A stretch of DNA of 51,217 nt, from the NCBI GenBank assembly GCA_964520545.1, contig CAZFOD010000001.1, positions 4,752 to 55,968 on the forward strand, written 5' to 3'. Shown in pieces: positions 10,261-20,637 of this stretch (positions are counted from its first letter, which is position 1; each line of letters opens with the position of its first letter). The position numbers were made by a program, and so were the translations under genes. The notes beneath the pieces were generated by a model that was not told the origin of the DNA, did no database searches, and saw nothing but the letters and a program-made list of their open reading frames with translations. This stretch comes from an uncultured Candidatus Saccharibacteria bacterium. Lineage in GTDB: Bacteria; Patescibacteriota; Minisyncoccia; Phycocordibacterales; CAIZLB01.

Positions 10261-11595
10261 TTAGATCAAAGAACGAATCTGAGCAAGTTCGTTTATAAGC
10301 TCACTATTGTTCTTCAGCTCGTTCCTAATTTTCTCGCAAGAGTGAATAACTGTTGTGTGATCTCTTCCCCCCAGCTTCTGCCCAATAGAAGGGAAAGAGA
10401 CGCTAAAGTCTTCTCTAAGTATATACATAGTGAGTTGGCGAGGTTTTACCACTTCCTGACGGCGAGTTTTGTTATATATACTGTCTTCTTCGATGTTGTA
10501 GAAAGAAGCAACAGCTTTAACCACATCTTTAACAGAGACGTTTTTATGAGGCTTACTAGAATTCTTTGTTGTATTCTTTATTTCAGCAAGAGAAAGATCT
10601 TTTCCTTTTAGTTGTGTTTGGCAAATGATTGAGTTCAACACTCCCTCGAGCTCTCGGATACTTCCGTCAACAGAAGACGCTAGATACTGAGCAGTTTCAG
10701 GTAAGAGGTCAAAGTTGTTCAACTTAGCCTTAGCTTGAAGAATTGCGATACGAGATTCTATATCAGCAGGTGAAATATCAACAATCATTCCCTGCATACA
10801 CCTAGATTTGATTCTGTCTTCAAGGTTTTGAAGGTAATTAGGGTGTACATCTGATGAAAAGATGATTTGTTTATTGCTGTCGTAGAGATAGTTGAACAAG
10901 TGAAAGAATTCCTCTTGTGTTTTTTCTTTGTTAGCAAGGAATTGGATGTCGTCCATAATGAGTACATCATATTTTCGGTATTTCTCCTTGAAGTTGTTTA
11001 CTTTGTTTGCCTGAACAGAGTTTATGTAGTCGATTGTAAACTTCTCAGATGTTACATAGTGAACTCGCTTATCCTTGTGGTGAAGCTTGTAGTGGTTCCC
11101 TACTGCCTGCATGAGGTGTGTTTTTCCTAATCCGGTGTTTCCATAGAAGAAAAGAGGGTTGTATGCTACCGGCTTCTTTAGAATTGCTTGAGCAGATGCA
11201 TAGGCAAGCTCATTAAATGGCCCAACAACAAAGGTTTCGAATGTATATCGAGGGTTTAGGTTGTCTTCGGGGCTAACATACAAACCTTCAAGAGGTAATT
11301 CCCTATTTGGAGCAGGTATCTCGATTGAAGGAAGATCTTTTTTCTTGTTTTGCTGATTGATGATGTATTCAACAGAGCGAACGCCCTCAGTGAGGTTGCG
11401 TAGAGATTGCAAAATTGTCTTGTGATACTTATTTACAAGCCAATCTTTTACGAATGTATTAGGAACAGAGAGATAAACAGTACCAGAATCTACTTTTGAA
11501 ATGTAGGTGTCTTTAAACCAGGTGTTGAAGTTGGCTCGAGATACTTCGAGTTCTGCCTGCATCAATACCGTATCCCACAATTTTTTTGCATCCAT
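10261..11595 (-). CDS. dnaA: chromosomal replication initiator DnaA
   Basis: LNPRYTFETFVVG, YNPLFFYGNTGLGKTHL, DDIQF, GGRDHTTVIH; probable start ATG 11595. Confidence 0.98.
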   Translation of the reverse strand: MDAKKLWDTVLMQAELEVSRANFNTWFKDTYISKVDSGTVYLSVPNTFVKDWLVNKYHKTILQSLRNLTEGVRSVEYIINQQNKKKDLPSIEIPAPNRELPLEGLYVSPEDNLNPRYTFETFVVGPFNELAYASAQAILKKPVAYNPLFFYGNTGLGKTHLMQAVGNHYKLHHKDKRVHYVTSEKFTIDYINSVQANKVNNFKEKYRKYDVLIMDDIQFLANKEKTQEEFFHLFNYLYDSNKQIIFSSDVHPNYLQNLEDRIKSRCMQGMIVDISPADIESRIAILQAKAKLNNFDLLPETAQYLASSVDGSIRELEGVLNSIICQTQLKGKDLSLAEIKNTTKNSSKPHKNVSVKDVVKAVASFYNIEEDSIYNKTRRQEVVKPRQLTMYILREDFSVSFPSIGQKLGGRDHTTVIHSCEKIRNELKNNSELINELAQIRSLI

Positions 11596-11599
11596 GTTG

Positions 11600-11771
11600 G
11601 AACTATTATATCCTTCAATTTTTTTTAGCAAACTTGTTTAGTTTTGATAAGTATGTTGATAAGTTGTGGATAATGTTTTTTCTGAAACTTTTTAAGTGAA
11701 GTGTCAAAGAAATTGCAGGGATAAAATAGACATTTGTAAAAAAAAGACATTTAGGCTATGATTGCCCTACT
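11600..11771. promoter_or_regulatory. dnaA/rpmH divergent promoter region with DnaA boxes
   Basis: perfect TGTGGATAA near 11666 and TGTTGATAA just upstream. Confidence 0.65.
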
Positions 11772-11915
11772 ATGTCATTCACATATAATCCTAAAAAGAA
11801 GAAGCGATCAAAAACCCACGGTTTTTTGGTTCGTTCAAAAACTCACGGCGGACGACGAGTTCTTAAGGCTCGACGACAGAAGGGCCGAAAGGTTCTCGCT
11901 GTAGTTGGAAAGTAA
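11772..11915 (+). CDS. rpmH: 50S ribosomal protein L34 (missed by ORF track)
   Basis: [47 protein letters not shown]; dnaA-rpmH-rnpA-yidC synteny. Confidence 0.95.
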   Translation: MSFTYNPKKKKRSKTHGFLVRSKTHGGRRVLKARRQKGRKVLAVVGK

Positions 11916-11960
11916 TCTCCTCTAAATACAGGATAAAAGGCCTCAACAAGGCCATATAAC

Positions 11961-12320
11961 ATGAAATCCACCCCTCGATTAACATCAGAAATGGTTGCAG
12001 AGGTAATGGTTCAAGGAAGAGCTCTAAAAACAGGCTCTTTTTTGTTTAAATACCTACTAAATTCAGAAAAAAGGCCTAATAATAAGGCTTGTATTAGCTT
12101 TATAGCTCCTAAAAAGACCTTCCCTACTGCTGTGGAGAGAAACAGGGCTAAGAGACGGGGTAAGGCCGCTCTTCAGGGTGTTGTGGTAAAAAACCCGGCA
12201 TTACTCCCCTCATATTGTGCTTTTGTGTTAAACAAAGCCTCAATAGAGGCTTCTATTAGTGATATTGCTCATGATATTGAGCAGGTTTTGTTAAAAAGCG
12301 GTATACTTGTCAGACAATGA
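11961..12320 (+). CDS. rnpA: ribonuclease P protein component
   Basis: KK...AVERNRAKRR (RNR motif); synteny. Confidence 0.85.
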   Translation: MKSTPRLTSEMVAEVMVQGRALKTGSFLFKYLLNSEKRPNNKACISFIAPKKTFPTAVERNRAKRRGKAALQGVVVKNPALLPSYCAFVLNKASIEASISDIAHDIEQVLLKSGILVRQ

Positions 12321-13048
12321 TATCTTCAATATTTCACACGGTTTTTTATAACCCTCTTTATAACGGTCTCATCTTCCTCATTGCACATATTCCAGGGGGT
12401 AATATCGGGGTCGCTGTCATTATTTTCACAATAGTCGTTAAGTTGATACTCATGCCTCTTTCTAAGGGCGCTGTGGTCACTCAATTGAAGATGAAGGAGC
12501 TTGAACCAGAGCTTGCAAAGATTCGTGAGAAGTATAAATCAGACGCACAGGAACAGGGTCGCAAGACTCTTGAGTTCTACCGAAAAAACGGACTAAATCC
12601 ATTTGCAGGTATTGTTTTAATGCTCATACAGCTCCCTATCATTCTTGCTCTCGCTTTTATCTTCTATCGAGGGGGTCTACCTGTTGTTAATCTAGATCTT
12701 CTCTATTCTTTTGTTAAAGCCCCTTCTGTTGTGGATACACATTTCCTTGGTTTCTTTGATGTAAGCGTAAGAAATGTGTTTCTTGGAGCACTTGCTGGTA
12801 TTACTCAGTTCTTCCAGGTGCGATTCTCAGTTCCCGCCTACAAATCAACAGGAGAAGCACCTAATTTCAAAGATGATCTCGCTCGAAGTATGAATGTTCA
12901 GATGCGATATGTGCTTCCTGTTCTTGTGTTCTTTATCTCTCTCGGTGTTTCTGGTGCGGTGGCCCTTTATTGGATCACAAGCAATCTTTTCACCATTGCT
13001 CAAGAGCTATATTTTCGAAGTACAGTAAAGAAAGGTTCCGCTATCTAG
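12317..13048 (+). CDS. yidC: YidC/Oxa1 membrane protein insertase
   Basis: TIVVKLILMPL, ELEPELAKIREKY, LIQLPI, LYWITSNLF. Confidence 0.93.
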   Translation: MISSIFHTVFYNPLYNGLIFLIAHIPGGNIGVAVIIFTIVVKLILMPLSKGAVVTQLKMKELEPELAKIREKYKSDAQEQGRKTLEFYRKNGLNPFAGIVLMLIQLPIILALAFIFYRGGLPVVNLDLLYSFVKAPSVVDTHFLGFFDVSVRNVFLGALAGITQFFQVRFSVPAYKSTGEAPNFKDDLARSMNVQMRYVLPVLVFFISLGVSGAVALYWITSNLFTIAQELYFRSTVKKGSAI

Positions 13049-14420
13049 TAGGTGTGGTTGTTGCTGTAGAAGTTGCTACAGGGGCAATAATTGGCTTTAC
13101 AAGCTGGTAACTCCACAGAGAGAGATCGTTCTTGTCTTGGAATGTAACAAAATCCTCTTTCTTGCTTAGGGTGAGATTCACCATGTCGAGAGATTGTCCA
13201 ATCTTAGTTGCTGGTTGAACGAGTTGTCGTATCTCCCCTGTTCCTATATCAATCTTCCAAAGGCTGTCTGAGAATGAGATTGTTCCAATATACCAAGCGT
13301 CGGGATATACACCGTATGAGATGTCATCAGGGATTGCACAATAGACAACATTTTTATCCTTCTTACTCCAGACACACTTTTCAGGGAAGGTTCGGACGAA
13401 TAAATCTTTGATAATACCTGTTTGGCGGTTAAGAACGCTTAATTTGATTGTTGCGAGAGGGCTTTCCCCTACCAAAACATTGTTTCCGTCAGGAGAAACA
13501 AGGGTTGTGAGTCCGTCCCTATTACCCACCAGCTTCGATAGGGCGCGAGTTTTTGTATTAAATATATATGCATACCCAGGAGCTGTTCCAGAAGGCTTTG
13601 TGTTGAGTACAACTGTTTGCGCAGAGGGCCAAGAGACGAGCCATTCGTGGAACTGGGAGTTGAATACATTTGTTGAGCTTCCACCGTCAGGTTTTGATAT
13701 CGTACCTCGAACATTTGTGGGTAATATCGAAAAGATTTGATCTGATGTTGGTGAAATTGCTAATTGAGTGATATTTAGAGGTAAATCTGTGAATTTAAAA
13801 GTAAGCTGTGTTGAGGTTGCTGTTTCAGGGCGGAGGATGCCGTAGCGTGTACGTATTGCATCACTGTCACCGATGAGGTCGCGAAAAAGAACAGTTGATC
13901 CTTTACGATCGACAAAGTATGCCTCGTAGATACGGGGCACTGTTACGTTAGAAATTCGTATGGTTTCCAAGGTTGAAGAAGAGGTTTCGTAGATATTGCC
14001 AGTTGCTCTATCTATCCATCTAAAAACTTCTACAGAACCAACTACTTTTGACGTTGTTTTCGTGCTTGTTCCTACAGTACTGGTTGATATTGCAAGCACA
14101 TCTTTGTCTATGAATGCAGCACCTGCTACAGGTGCGATCGTGAGGTGTCTTAGATCTGGTATTGGTCGTGGAACAGTGACTGTGACGACAGGAGTAGATG
14201 TTGCCTCATCAGAAGGTGATGAAACAGTCGTTGTGGAATTAGTTGAAGGAGTTTTTGTTGATCCAAGGCCGAAGAAACCACCTTCACGAGGTTTTTCGGT
14301 AGGAGTCGCCGCTGTATCAATACCCCCCTGCTGTCTTAAATAGAAATACCAACCTGAAAGTCCTCCGACTACCAGACTCACTACGATGATGATTGAAATA
14401 AGTACGCTTTGTTTTGACAC
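13041..14420 (-). CDS. membrane-anchored hypothetical protein, probable beta-propeller
   Basis: N-terminal TM, Thr-rich linker, repeated SP-D/T motifs. Confidence 0.7.
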   Translation of the reverse strand: MSKQSVLISIIIVVSLVVGGLSGWYFYLRQQGGIDTAATPTEKPREGGFFGLGSTKTPSTNSTTTVSSPSDEATSTPVVTVTVPRPIPDLRHLTIAPVAGAAFIDKDVLAISTSTVGTSTKTTSKVVGSVEVFRWIDRATGNIYETSSSTLETIRISNVTVPRIYEAYFVDRKGSTVLFRDLIGDSDAIRTRYGILRPETATSTQLTFKFTDLPLNITQLAISPTSDQIFSILPTNVRGTISKPDGGSSTNVFNSQFHEWLVSWPSAQTVVLNTKPSGTAPGYAYIFNTKTRALSKLVGNRDGLTTLVSPDGNNVLVGESPLATIKLSVLNRQTGIIKDLFVRTFPEKCVWSKKDKNVVYCAIPDDISYGVYPDAWYIGTISFSDSLWKIDIGTGEIRQLVQPATKIGQSLDMVNLTLSKKEDFVTFQDKNDLSLWSYQLVKPIIAPVATSTATTTPTR

Positions 14421-14482
14421 AATTAGATATGTACAGATTCATTTTATCACACAAACATTTGTTGTTCAGTCAAAAGCTGTGT

Positions 14483-15463
14483 TTAATTCGCTGCTCGGTA
14501 TATGTATGTCTGAAGACCTTTGCCTTCAAAGTAGTTTTGCCAAGTAGTAGCTGTGTAGTTTTCTGTAACTTTTCCCTGAGAGCTACTGTTTGAAATGATA
14601 CCCCCTCCCCCGTCTTCAGAAACAATACCAGTGTGTCCTCTGTTTGAACCGACAGTAGGACTAACTACGATATCCCCCTTCTTTGTTTGTTTAAGGTCAC
14701 TTCCTGCATAGTAGAAATTTTGACTGCTTGCCAGAGCTTTATTTAAGTCAGCTGTGCTTAAGCTATCAGTAACATTAATTCCTGTAGCGTTCGCTACAAT
14801 TGTGTCCACGGCGTATACACAAGCTACTCTTCCTCCGTTTGTTCCTGACGCACTACAAGTATTCATTTGTGCATTACTTGCGGCCACTGCCCCTCTATAT
14901 ATTTTGTCAGCTGTTCCGCTTCCTGAGTTTGCTGCTTGATTTATGGTATCACCGACAGGTCCTTCGAAGTTTGTTCCCAAAGGATTTGAGTTTGCATTAA
15001 TTCTTCCGTCATTTACCGCAATTATCGATGCTCCCCCACCACTCTCCACCGCAGCCACCTTCTGCTCCTGTAGTCCCCTAATCTTCCCACTCAACATGGC
15101 AGGGTTTAGTGTGTTTAATATCAAATATGACGTAAGAGCAAGAATGAGCCCATATATTGCTCTCATGATTGTCGACTTAGCTTCTCCCTTGCTTGTCACT
15201 GAATCAGTTAATGTATATTGAATGGCTCCATACACAATTACTATTACAGCAAGTCCTGTAGCTGCTGCTATTAATATCCTTACTATCTGATTTAAATATG
15301 GAGCTAAGCTATCCTCTTTTCCCAGCACTATCGTACGATCAATGAACCCATTTATCGGAGCAAGTGGTTGGTATATGATGGTGGCTTGGGCGAAACTTGT
15401 TTGAGGAACAATCGAAACAAGAAGGACAAGAGAGAAAAAAATATACACCAATGACTTTTTCAT
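14483..15463 (-). CDS. TrbC/VirB2-like pilin fused to a CHAP/NlpC-like Cys-His hydrolase domain
   Basis: signal peptide, two hydrophobic helices around K.EAK..I..AI.G; C-terminal AC.YAV, GDIVVS, GHTGIV. Confidence 0.7.
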   Translation of the reverse strand: MKKSLVYIFFSLVLLVSIVPQTSFAQATIIYQPLAPINGFIDRTIVLGKEDSLAPYLNQIVRILIAAATGLAVIVIVYGAIQYTLTDSVTSKGEAKSTIMRAIYGLILALTSYLILNTLNPAMLSGKIRGLQEQKVAAVESGGGASIIAVNDGRINANSNPLGTNFEGPVGDTINQAANSGSGTADKIYRGAVAASNAQMNTCSASGTNGGRVACVYAVDTIVANATGINVTDSLSTADLNKALASSQNFYYAGSDLKQTKKGDIVVSPTVGSNRGHTGIVSEDGGGGIISNSSSQGKVTENYTATTWQNYFEGKGLQTYIYRAAN

Positions 15464-16403
15464 TGGTATATATTATATCAGAATCATTTCATTGGTTGTT
15501 TAATCCTCAAGAAACGTGTAGGTGATATTGTGCTGTTCTGCACTGTTTCCGTTTTTTGTTGTCCACGCTCCCAGCTCTCTCGCGGCTGCGAGAGAAAGCT
15601 CCCCGAAACCATTCCCTGTTGGTCCTCTGTCTCCTACTACAGCCTCAATACTTTTTCCAGTCGTGTTGTTTTTAACCACCACTTTCGTTCCAAGTTTGAT
15701 ATCTGACCCTATAGGTACGACTACGTAATAGTCGGTGTTTGCATTGAGGCCTGCAAGAGAAGTTTGTCCTTGCCAATCAGGATCGTTAAATGGGGGCCTT
15801 TCGGTGCCGTCGGTATCAATTGCTACTCTTCCAGGGGTTATTGATCTTCCTAAAGACGTTTGCTGAAGATCGAAGTTGTTCCCAGTTTTTACATTGGCTG
15901 CATATACAGCAGATCCGTATCTAGGGTCTTCTGGTTGGTATGGATACGCGGGGTCTCCGGGGTATATAGCTTTTGTGCCACCAGATGTCGAAGTATTGTC
16001 TGGTATTGCAACCACACCCTGGTCTGGTGTTGTCCCAAATCCCCCACCACTCTCCACCGCAGCCACCTTCTGCTCCTGTAGTCCCCTAATCTTCCCACTC
16101 AACATGGCAGGGTTTAGTGTGTTTAATATCAAATATGACGTAAGAGCAAGAATGAGCCCATATATTGCTCTCATGATTGTCGACTTAGCTTCTCCCTTGC
16201 TTGTCACTGAATCAGTTAATGTATATTGAATGGCTCCATACACAATTACTATTACAGCAAGTCCTGTAGCTGCTGCTATTAATATCCTTACTATCTGATT
16301 TAAATATGGAGCTAAGCTATCCTCTTTTCCCAGCACTATCGTACGATCAATGAACCCATTTATCGGAGCAAGTGGTTGGTATATGATGGTGGCTTGGGCG
16401 AAA
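15032..16403. repeat. 364-bp identical direct repeat (15032-15395 and 16040-16403)
   Basis: compared base by base, offset 1008, no difference seen; encodes the shared pilin part. Confidence 0.9.
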
Positions 16404-16489
16404 GCGGTTGGAGCTGAAAATATAAAAATAGTATAGATGCTCGTTAACAGTATTGTGACTAAGAGTATGTTAAATGACCGTTCTCTCAT
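15500..16489 (-). CDS. TrbC/VirB2-like pilin fused to a DPBB/GH75-like glycoside hydrolase domain
   Basis: same pilin segment; C-terminal IDTDG, YVVVP, AVVGDRGP, GELSLAAA. Confidence 0.7.
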   Translation of the reverse strand: MRERSFNILLVTILLTSIYTIFIFSAPTAFAQATIIYQPLAPINGFIDRTIVLGKEDSLAPYLNQIVRILIAAATGLAVIVIVYGAIQYTLTDSVTSKGEAKSTIMRAIYGLILALTSYLILNTLNPAMLSGKIRGLQEQKVAAVESGGGFGTTPDQGVVAIPDNTSTSGGTKAIYPGDPAYPYQPEDPRYGSAVYAANVKTGNNFDLQQTSLGRSITPGRVAIDTDGTERPPFNDPDWQGQTSLAGLNANTDYYVVVPIGSDIKLGTKVVVKNNTTGKSIEAVVGDRGPTGNGFGELSLAAARELGAWTTKNGNSAEQHNITYTFLED

Positions 16490-16492
16490 GTT

Positions 16493-17536
16493 TTATTGTC
16501 TTAGAAAGACTGAAGAGTTTGTGTTGAAGAATAAAGAAAACTCTTTTGTTGCCTCTTGTAACAGTTTATCAATACTGTTTATCCTCACTCTAACTCGAAC
16601 ATCTGCTGAATTTTGATCTGTCTTTCGGAATCCCATATAGTTTTGGTTTTCTGGAGCGGTGATAGTACTGTCATTTAGATTCCATTGATATGTAACTCGA
16701 TTGTTTTTGTTGTTTGTACTGAAAAAAAGCGGGTATGCTACAAACTTCCTTTCATTATCATTCATCTCGAAGGAATATATAGCTTTGTTAAAAAGAATTC
16801 CATAGAGAGGATGATCTTCATATATGTAGGCTTGAGGGTCTGTTGCTGTGAGATCTACCCCACTTAAAGCCTTAATACTAGAGTCTTTTTGAGCATAAGC
16901 TTCTACTTGAATGAGGTGTGGTCGTAAGATAATTGGCCCTGTGTATTTAAAGGTGTTTTTCCCTGCTCCCGACTTATCACCTTCTACTCTGTAATCGGTT
17001 TTCCATGTATATACAGCTTGTGATTCGTTGATGGATGATCCATTTGCAGACAAGTTTGGTAATGCAACAAAAGTAACATCTGCTTGCGGCGTAAACAACG
17101 CTTTTCCTTTGTAGAAAGGAGGTGTGTATGTGCTTGCTTCCCAGAGTAGGTCTACCTCGGCTGGTGTAAATGAGAATGTTTTAGTTATTGTCGGCCCGCC
17201 TGTTGGAACAATTGTTGCCTTTATTGAGTTTTGTGTGCCAACCTTGCTCGCAATGAATTCAAACACTTTCTCACCTACTCCTTTAAGGGATTCTCTCCCG
17301 TTGTACGTCCAGGTTATATTCGCTTGATTAAGGTCTGTGCCGTATGCAGAAAGTGTCACAGTTACCTTGTCTCCAGGCTTTGGTACACGAGGTTCGACAT
17401 CTATGGAGATTTGTTCTTGTACATCTGGTACAAGGCTAGGAATTGAAAAATCAGACGCTGATTGCGCGAAGATATTACGAGGGGACAAAAACACGCCTAT
17501 GAGTACTATGAGCAAAACAATAGAAACCTTATTCAT
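16493..17536 (-). CDS. exported protein with Ig/PKD-like beta domains
   Basis: signal peptide; beta-rich repeats with ITW/YTW/YQW. Confidence 0.7.
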   Translation of the reverse strand: MNKVSIVLLIVLIGVFLSPRNIFAQSASDFSIPSLVPDVQEQISIDVEPRVPKPGDKVTVTLSAYGTDLNQANITWTYNGRESLKGVGEKVFEFIASKVGTQNSIKATIVPTGGPTITKTFSFTPAEVDLLWEASTYTPPFYKGKALFTPQADVTFVALPNLSANGSSINESQAVYTWKTDYRVEGDKSGAGKNTFKYTGPIILRPHLIQVEAYAQKDSSIKALSGVDLTATDPQAYIYEDHPLYGILFNKAIYSFEMNDNERKFVAYPLFFSTNNKNNRVTYQWNLNDSTITAPENQNYMGFRKTDQNSADVRVRVRINSIDKLLQEATKEFSLFFNTNSSVFLRQ

Positions 17537-17589
17537 TGCATATATAATAACACACTGATTTTAAGTGAGTTTATATTATCCCCTGTAAG

Positions 17590-18063
17590 CTATACCACTT
17601 CCTCTTCCTCTATATACCTGTTAGATCTCCCATTTGGTCGATTCGAAGGTCTTTGATAGTTCTGCGCCTCATTCATTGATGCGTTAATTGAATTTTGTGT
17701 TTTTCCGTCATCTTCTTCTTGCGACACACTTATAACATGAGCCACCATATTTACAATTCCTGGCTGGGGAATGTTATTTTTACTCAATCTGAAGTACAAG
17801 ATGTTAATTACAGGGATAAGAGAAAGAATAAGGCTAACTATCGATCTACCTAGAATACGCGGGCCAAGAAGCGATACTCCTTTGTATGTAAACCACATTA
17901 CAAATACAGCATACGAGATTCCCATAAATAGAGGGCTCAGGAAGAGGCCTGCCCCCCACCAATCAGTCACTAGTTCTAGCAATAAATTAAATGCATACAC
18001 CCCATATGCTAAGGCTTTCATTAAAACCTCTGTCCCTTTTGTGATTCTGTACTGATTTTCCAT
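17590..18063 (-). CDS. hypothetical membrane protein
   Basis: 157 aa with 3 hydrophobic segments, in operon. Confidence 0.65.
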   Translation of the reverse strand: MENQYRITKGTEVLMKALAYGVYAFNLLLELVTDWWGAGLFLSPLFMGISYAVFVMWFTYKGVSLLGPRILGRSIVSLILSLIPVINILYFRLSKNNIPQPGIVNMVAHVISVSQEEDDGKTQNSINASMNEAQNYQRPSNRPNGRSNRYIEEEEVV

Positions 18064-18073
18064 GACTGTGTTG

Positions 18074-19927
18074 CTAAACTATGTTCTCTTGAGGTCGAGG
18101 TGCCGCTGCGTTTGTTTGCATTTCCGCAAGGTCAGCTTTCGCTTTCTTAATTGCGAGTACTTGTGATGGGTTTGAGGTGATAATTTGGTCTTCGGTGTAT
18201 GAAGCAATGATTTTGATTGCCACATGCTTAAGTCCAGCGAAGAATATTCCCTCCCCCACATCTGATTCAAGAAGAAGATATTTTTCTTCATCGGTAAGGT
18301 TGAAGGTCTTTTGCACAACATCAATCGAAGACGGAGATTGCTTTAACAATATTTGAATTGAAGAGTTTGTAATAATCGGTAGTCCGTACGGAGATTTAAG
18401 GAAGTCTTCAACGTCTTGTGTGATAGTAGCAAGACCGAGATAGTATTTTCTTCCTCGTTTTGCGAGACCATAGAGGAAAGATGCTGTGTCTTCTGACTTC
18501 ATCATCCACCATGCCTCGTCAATAACAAGAAGACGTTTCTTAAGTTCTTTTCTAACAGAGTTCCAGATGAAGTGCATGACAATATACATAGCCACAGGCT
18601 TGAGTTCATCTTCCATATCTCGAAGTGAAAATACAACGAACTTCTTGTTTATATCCACATTAGAAGGTCGGTTAATGAAGCCCGCCCATGTACCTTTTGT
18701 ATATTTAGTGAGTCGCTGCACAAGTGACTCCCCTCCTTCCATACCCGCAAGCACAAGCTCAAAGTCTGACATGAGTGGTGGTTCTGTTGCTGCAAAGTTT
18801 GAATCTGGTGTGATGTCTTTGAGAGCATAAGTTTCGCTGATAGCTCGGTCGATGATTGAATCTTCTTCCGGAGTAAGTCCTCCAAGCATGATGCGGAAAA
18901 GTCCTACAAGGCTCACAATGTTTGATCTCAATACATCAGCTGCTGATTCATCTTCTCTGGGTGTAGGAAGATCAAAAGGGTTGATGTGGTGCTCTGAGGT
19001 GAGTGAAATGTTGAAATATCTTCCACCAGTAGCCTCTGCCATGTATTCATATTCTCGTTCAGGGTCGAGTACAATAACATCTGCATCGAACATGAGTGTA
19101 CGAAGAATTTCGAGCTTTGTGGCATATGATTTACCAGAACCCGCCTTTGCGAATGTTACGGAGTTATAGTTTTCAAGAGAGAATCGATCGAAAAGAATGA
19201 GGCTTGAATTGTGTCGGTTGATACCGTACAAGATACCTTTGTCCGATGTGAGGTCGAAGGATATGAATGGAAACATACTTGAAAGCGGTGACGAGTTTAA
19301 CTTTGAATGAACTGAAAGTTGATCATCTGCAATTGGTAGCACACTCTTGTATCCTTGCTCTTGTTGAAAAAGAGCAGGTTTTACATACACAAGGCTTGCT
19401 TCAAGGATAGATTTAACCTCCGACTCTAACTTATCAAGTTCCCCTTCTGTTTCACCGTAGATGGAAATATATAGGCCAACATCAAAAATCTTTTCTTGTG
19501 CTTGCTGAAGATTGTCTCGAAGAGATTCAAGATCTTGGTATGCAGTATCAAGGACCGGGTCTCTAACTAGCCCCTTCTCTTCTCGTATATGTATTTGGCT
19601 TTGTACCTCCGCAACTTTCTTCTGGAAAGATCTAAGAACTGATGCTGTGTCGATTGGGTGAACGAATATTGATATATCAAAAATCTTGTCGAGGTTTATT
19701 ATCGGTGCAAACCAACTCTCAGAAAGGAATCGAGGGTATGAGATGACAAAGAATGTTCGAACAATCTTGTCACCAAGGTTTAAAGACCGTGGAGAAACCT
19801 TCATCGCTGATGGAGCAATGATGTCTTGGAGTTCAAGAACTCCAGATTGATAGATCTCCTGAGGAAGGATTGAGGTTATAGGGCTCCGTTCCTTTTCTTT
19901 TTTCTTTGTAAAATCAAATATTCCCAT
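18074..19927 (-). CDS. virB4: VirB4-like type IV secretion ATPase
   Basis: AKAGSGKS, LDPEREY, INPFD, IDEAW, RGRKY, TITQDV; start moved to ATG 19927. Confidence 0.88.
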   Translation of the reverse strand: MGIFDFTKKKEKERSPITSILPQEIYQSGVLELQDIIAPSAMKVSPRSLNLGDKIVRTFFVISYPRFLSESWFAPIINLDKIFDISIFVHPIDTASVLRSFQKKVAEVQSQIHIREEKGLVRDPVLDTAYQDLESLRDNLQQAQEKIFDVGLYISIYGETEGELDKLESEVKSILEASLVYVKPALFQQEQGYKSVLPIADDQLSVHSKLNSSPLSSMFPFISFDLTSDKGILYGINRHNSSLILFDRFSLENYNSVTFAKAGSGKSYATKLEILRTLMFDADVIVLDPEREYEYMAEATGGRYFNISLTSEHHINPFDLPTPREDESAADVLRSNIVSLVGLFRIMLGGLTPEEDSIIDRAISETYALKDITPDSNFAATEPPLMSDFELVLAGMEGGESLVQRLTKYTKGTWAGFINRPSNVDINKKFVVFSLRDMEDELKPVAMYIVMHFIWNSVRKELKKRLLVIDEAWWMMKSEDTASFLYGLAKRGRKYYLGLATITQDVEDFLKSPYGLPIITNSSIQILLKQSPSSIDVVQKTFNLTDEEKYLLLESDVGEGIFFAGLKHVAIKIIASYTEDQIITSNPSQVLAIKKAKADLAEMQTNAAAPRPQENIV

Positions 19928-19935
19928 TTGTCTAA

Positions 19936-20592
19936 TTATGCCACATGGATAGGTTTGTCGACATCGCCAGGGTTGAATATCTTGTAGAAGAGTTCGATTA
20001 GTTCTTCTGTACCAAGCTCTACCACACGAATACCGCATCGTACGAGGCCCTGCTCTACCACATCCATGCGCTGTTGAAGCTGACTACGGTGTTCTTCGAA
20101 TGTGCTTGTGGCGTCTGCTGCTAATTCCTTCTTGTCTTTCTTAGGCCCAAACATAGAGGTAACGTTTGAAATCGGGTTATTTCCCTTTCCTCCTAGTACT
20201 GGAGGTGTGTATGGAATTACGATGAAGAAGCTTTTCGTCATGATGTTGGTTGAATCAGTAAAGCTTTTGATGAACTCGATGTACTCTCGAGTTTGCATCT
20301 TCATAAGGTCACCGGTTTGTTCCTTTTGTCTTTGCTCGAGAAGCGCAATGTATGGCCGGATATCAAGTCGTCGGGATTGTACGAATATTTGTATAGAGAA
20401 GTTAATGGAATTAAGAAAGTTCTGGAACTGGAAGATGATAGATTGCTGCTCGTCTGCTGATTTAAGTGCAAAGTTAAGAGAGGATGCAAGTAGAAGTGCT
20501 CGCATGCTACCGTCTTTTAGAATGAGGACTCCGTCACGGACCTCTTTTACAGGAACGAACGACTGGGTTGCTTTCGCATCTACTTGTGCCAT
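19936..20592 (-). CDS. TraC/VirB4 N-terminal-like protein
   Basis: IKDG-like start, S.NFALKS.DEQ..I...FQ.FLNS; directly upstream of virB4. Confidence 0.65.
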   Translation of the reverse strand: MAQVDAKATQSFVPVKEVRDGVLILKDGSMRALLLASSLNFALKSADEQQSIIFQFQNFLNSINFSIQIFVQSRRLDIRPYIALLEQRQKEQTGDLMKMQTREYIEFIKSFTDSTNIMTKSFFIVIPYTPPVLGGKGNNPISNVTSMFGPKKDKKELAADATSTFEEHRSQLQQRMDVVEQGLVRCGIRVVELGTEELIELFYKIFNPGDVDKPIHVA

Positions 20593-20637
20593 ATCGATTA
20601 GTATAACAAAAAAAGAAAGAACGTGTGCCTAAAAGAA

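Noticed and set aside
15032-16403. Diversity-generating retroelement TR/VR pair
   Set aside because: Copies are identical with no adenine-specific differences, and there is no reverse transcriptase in the window
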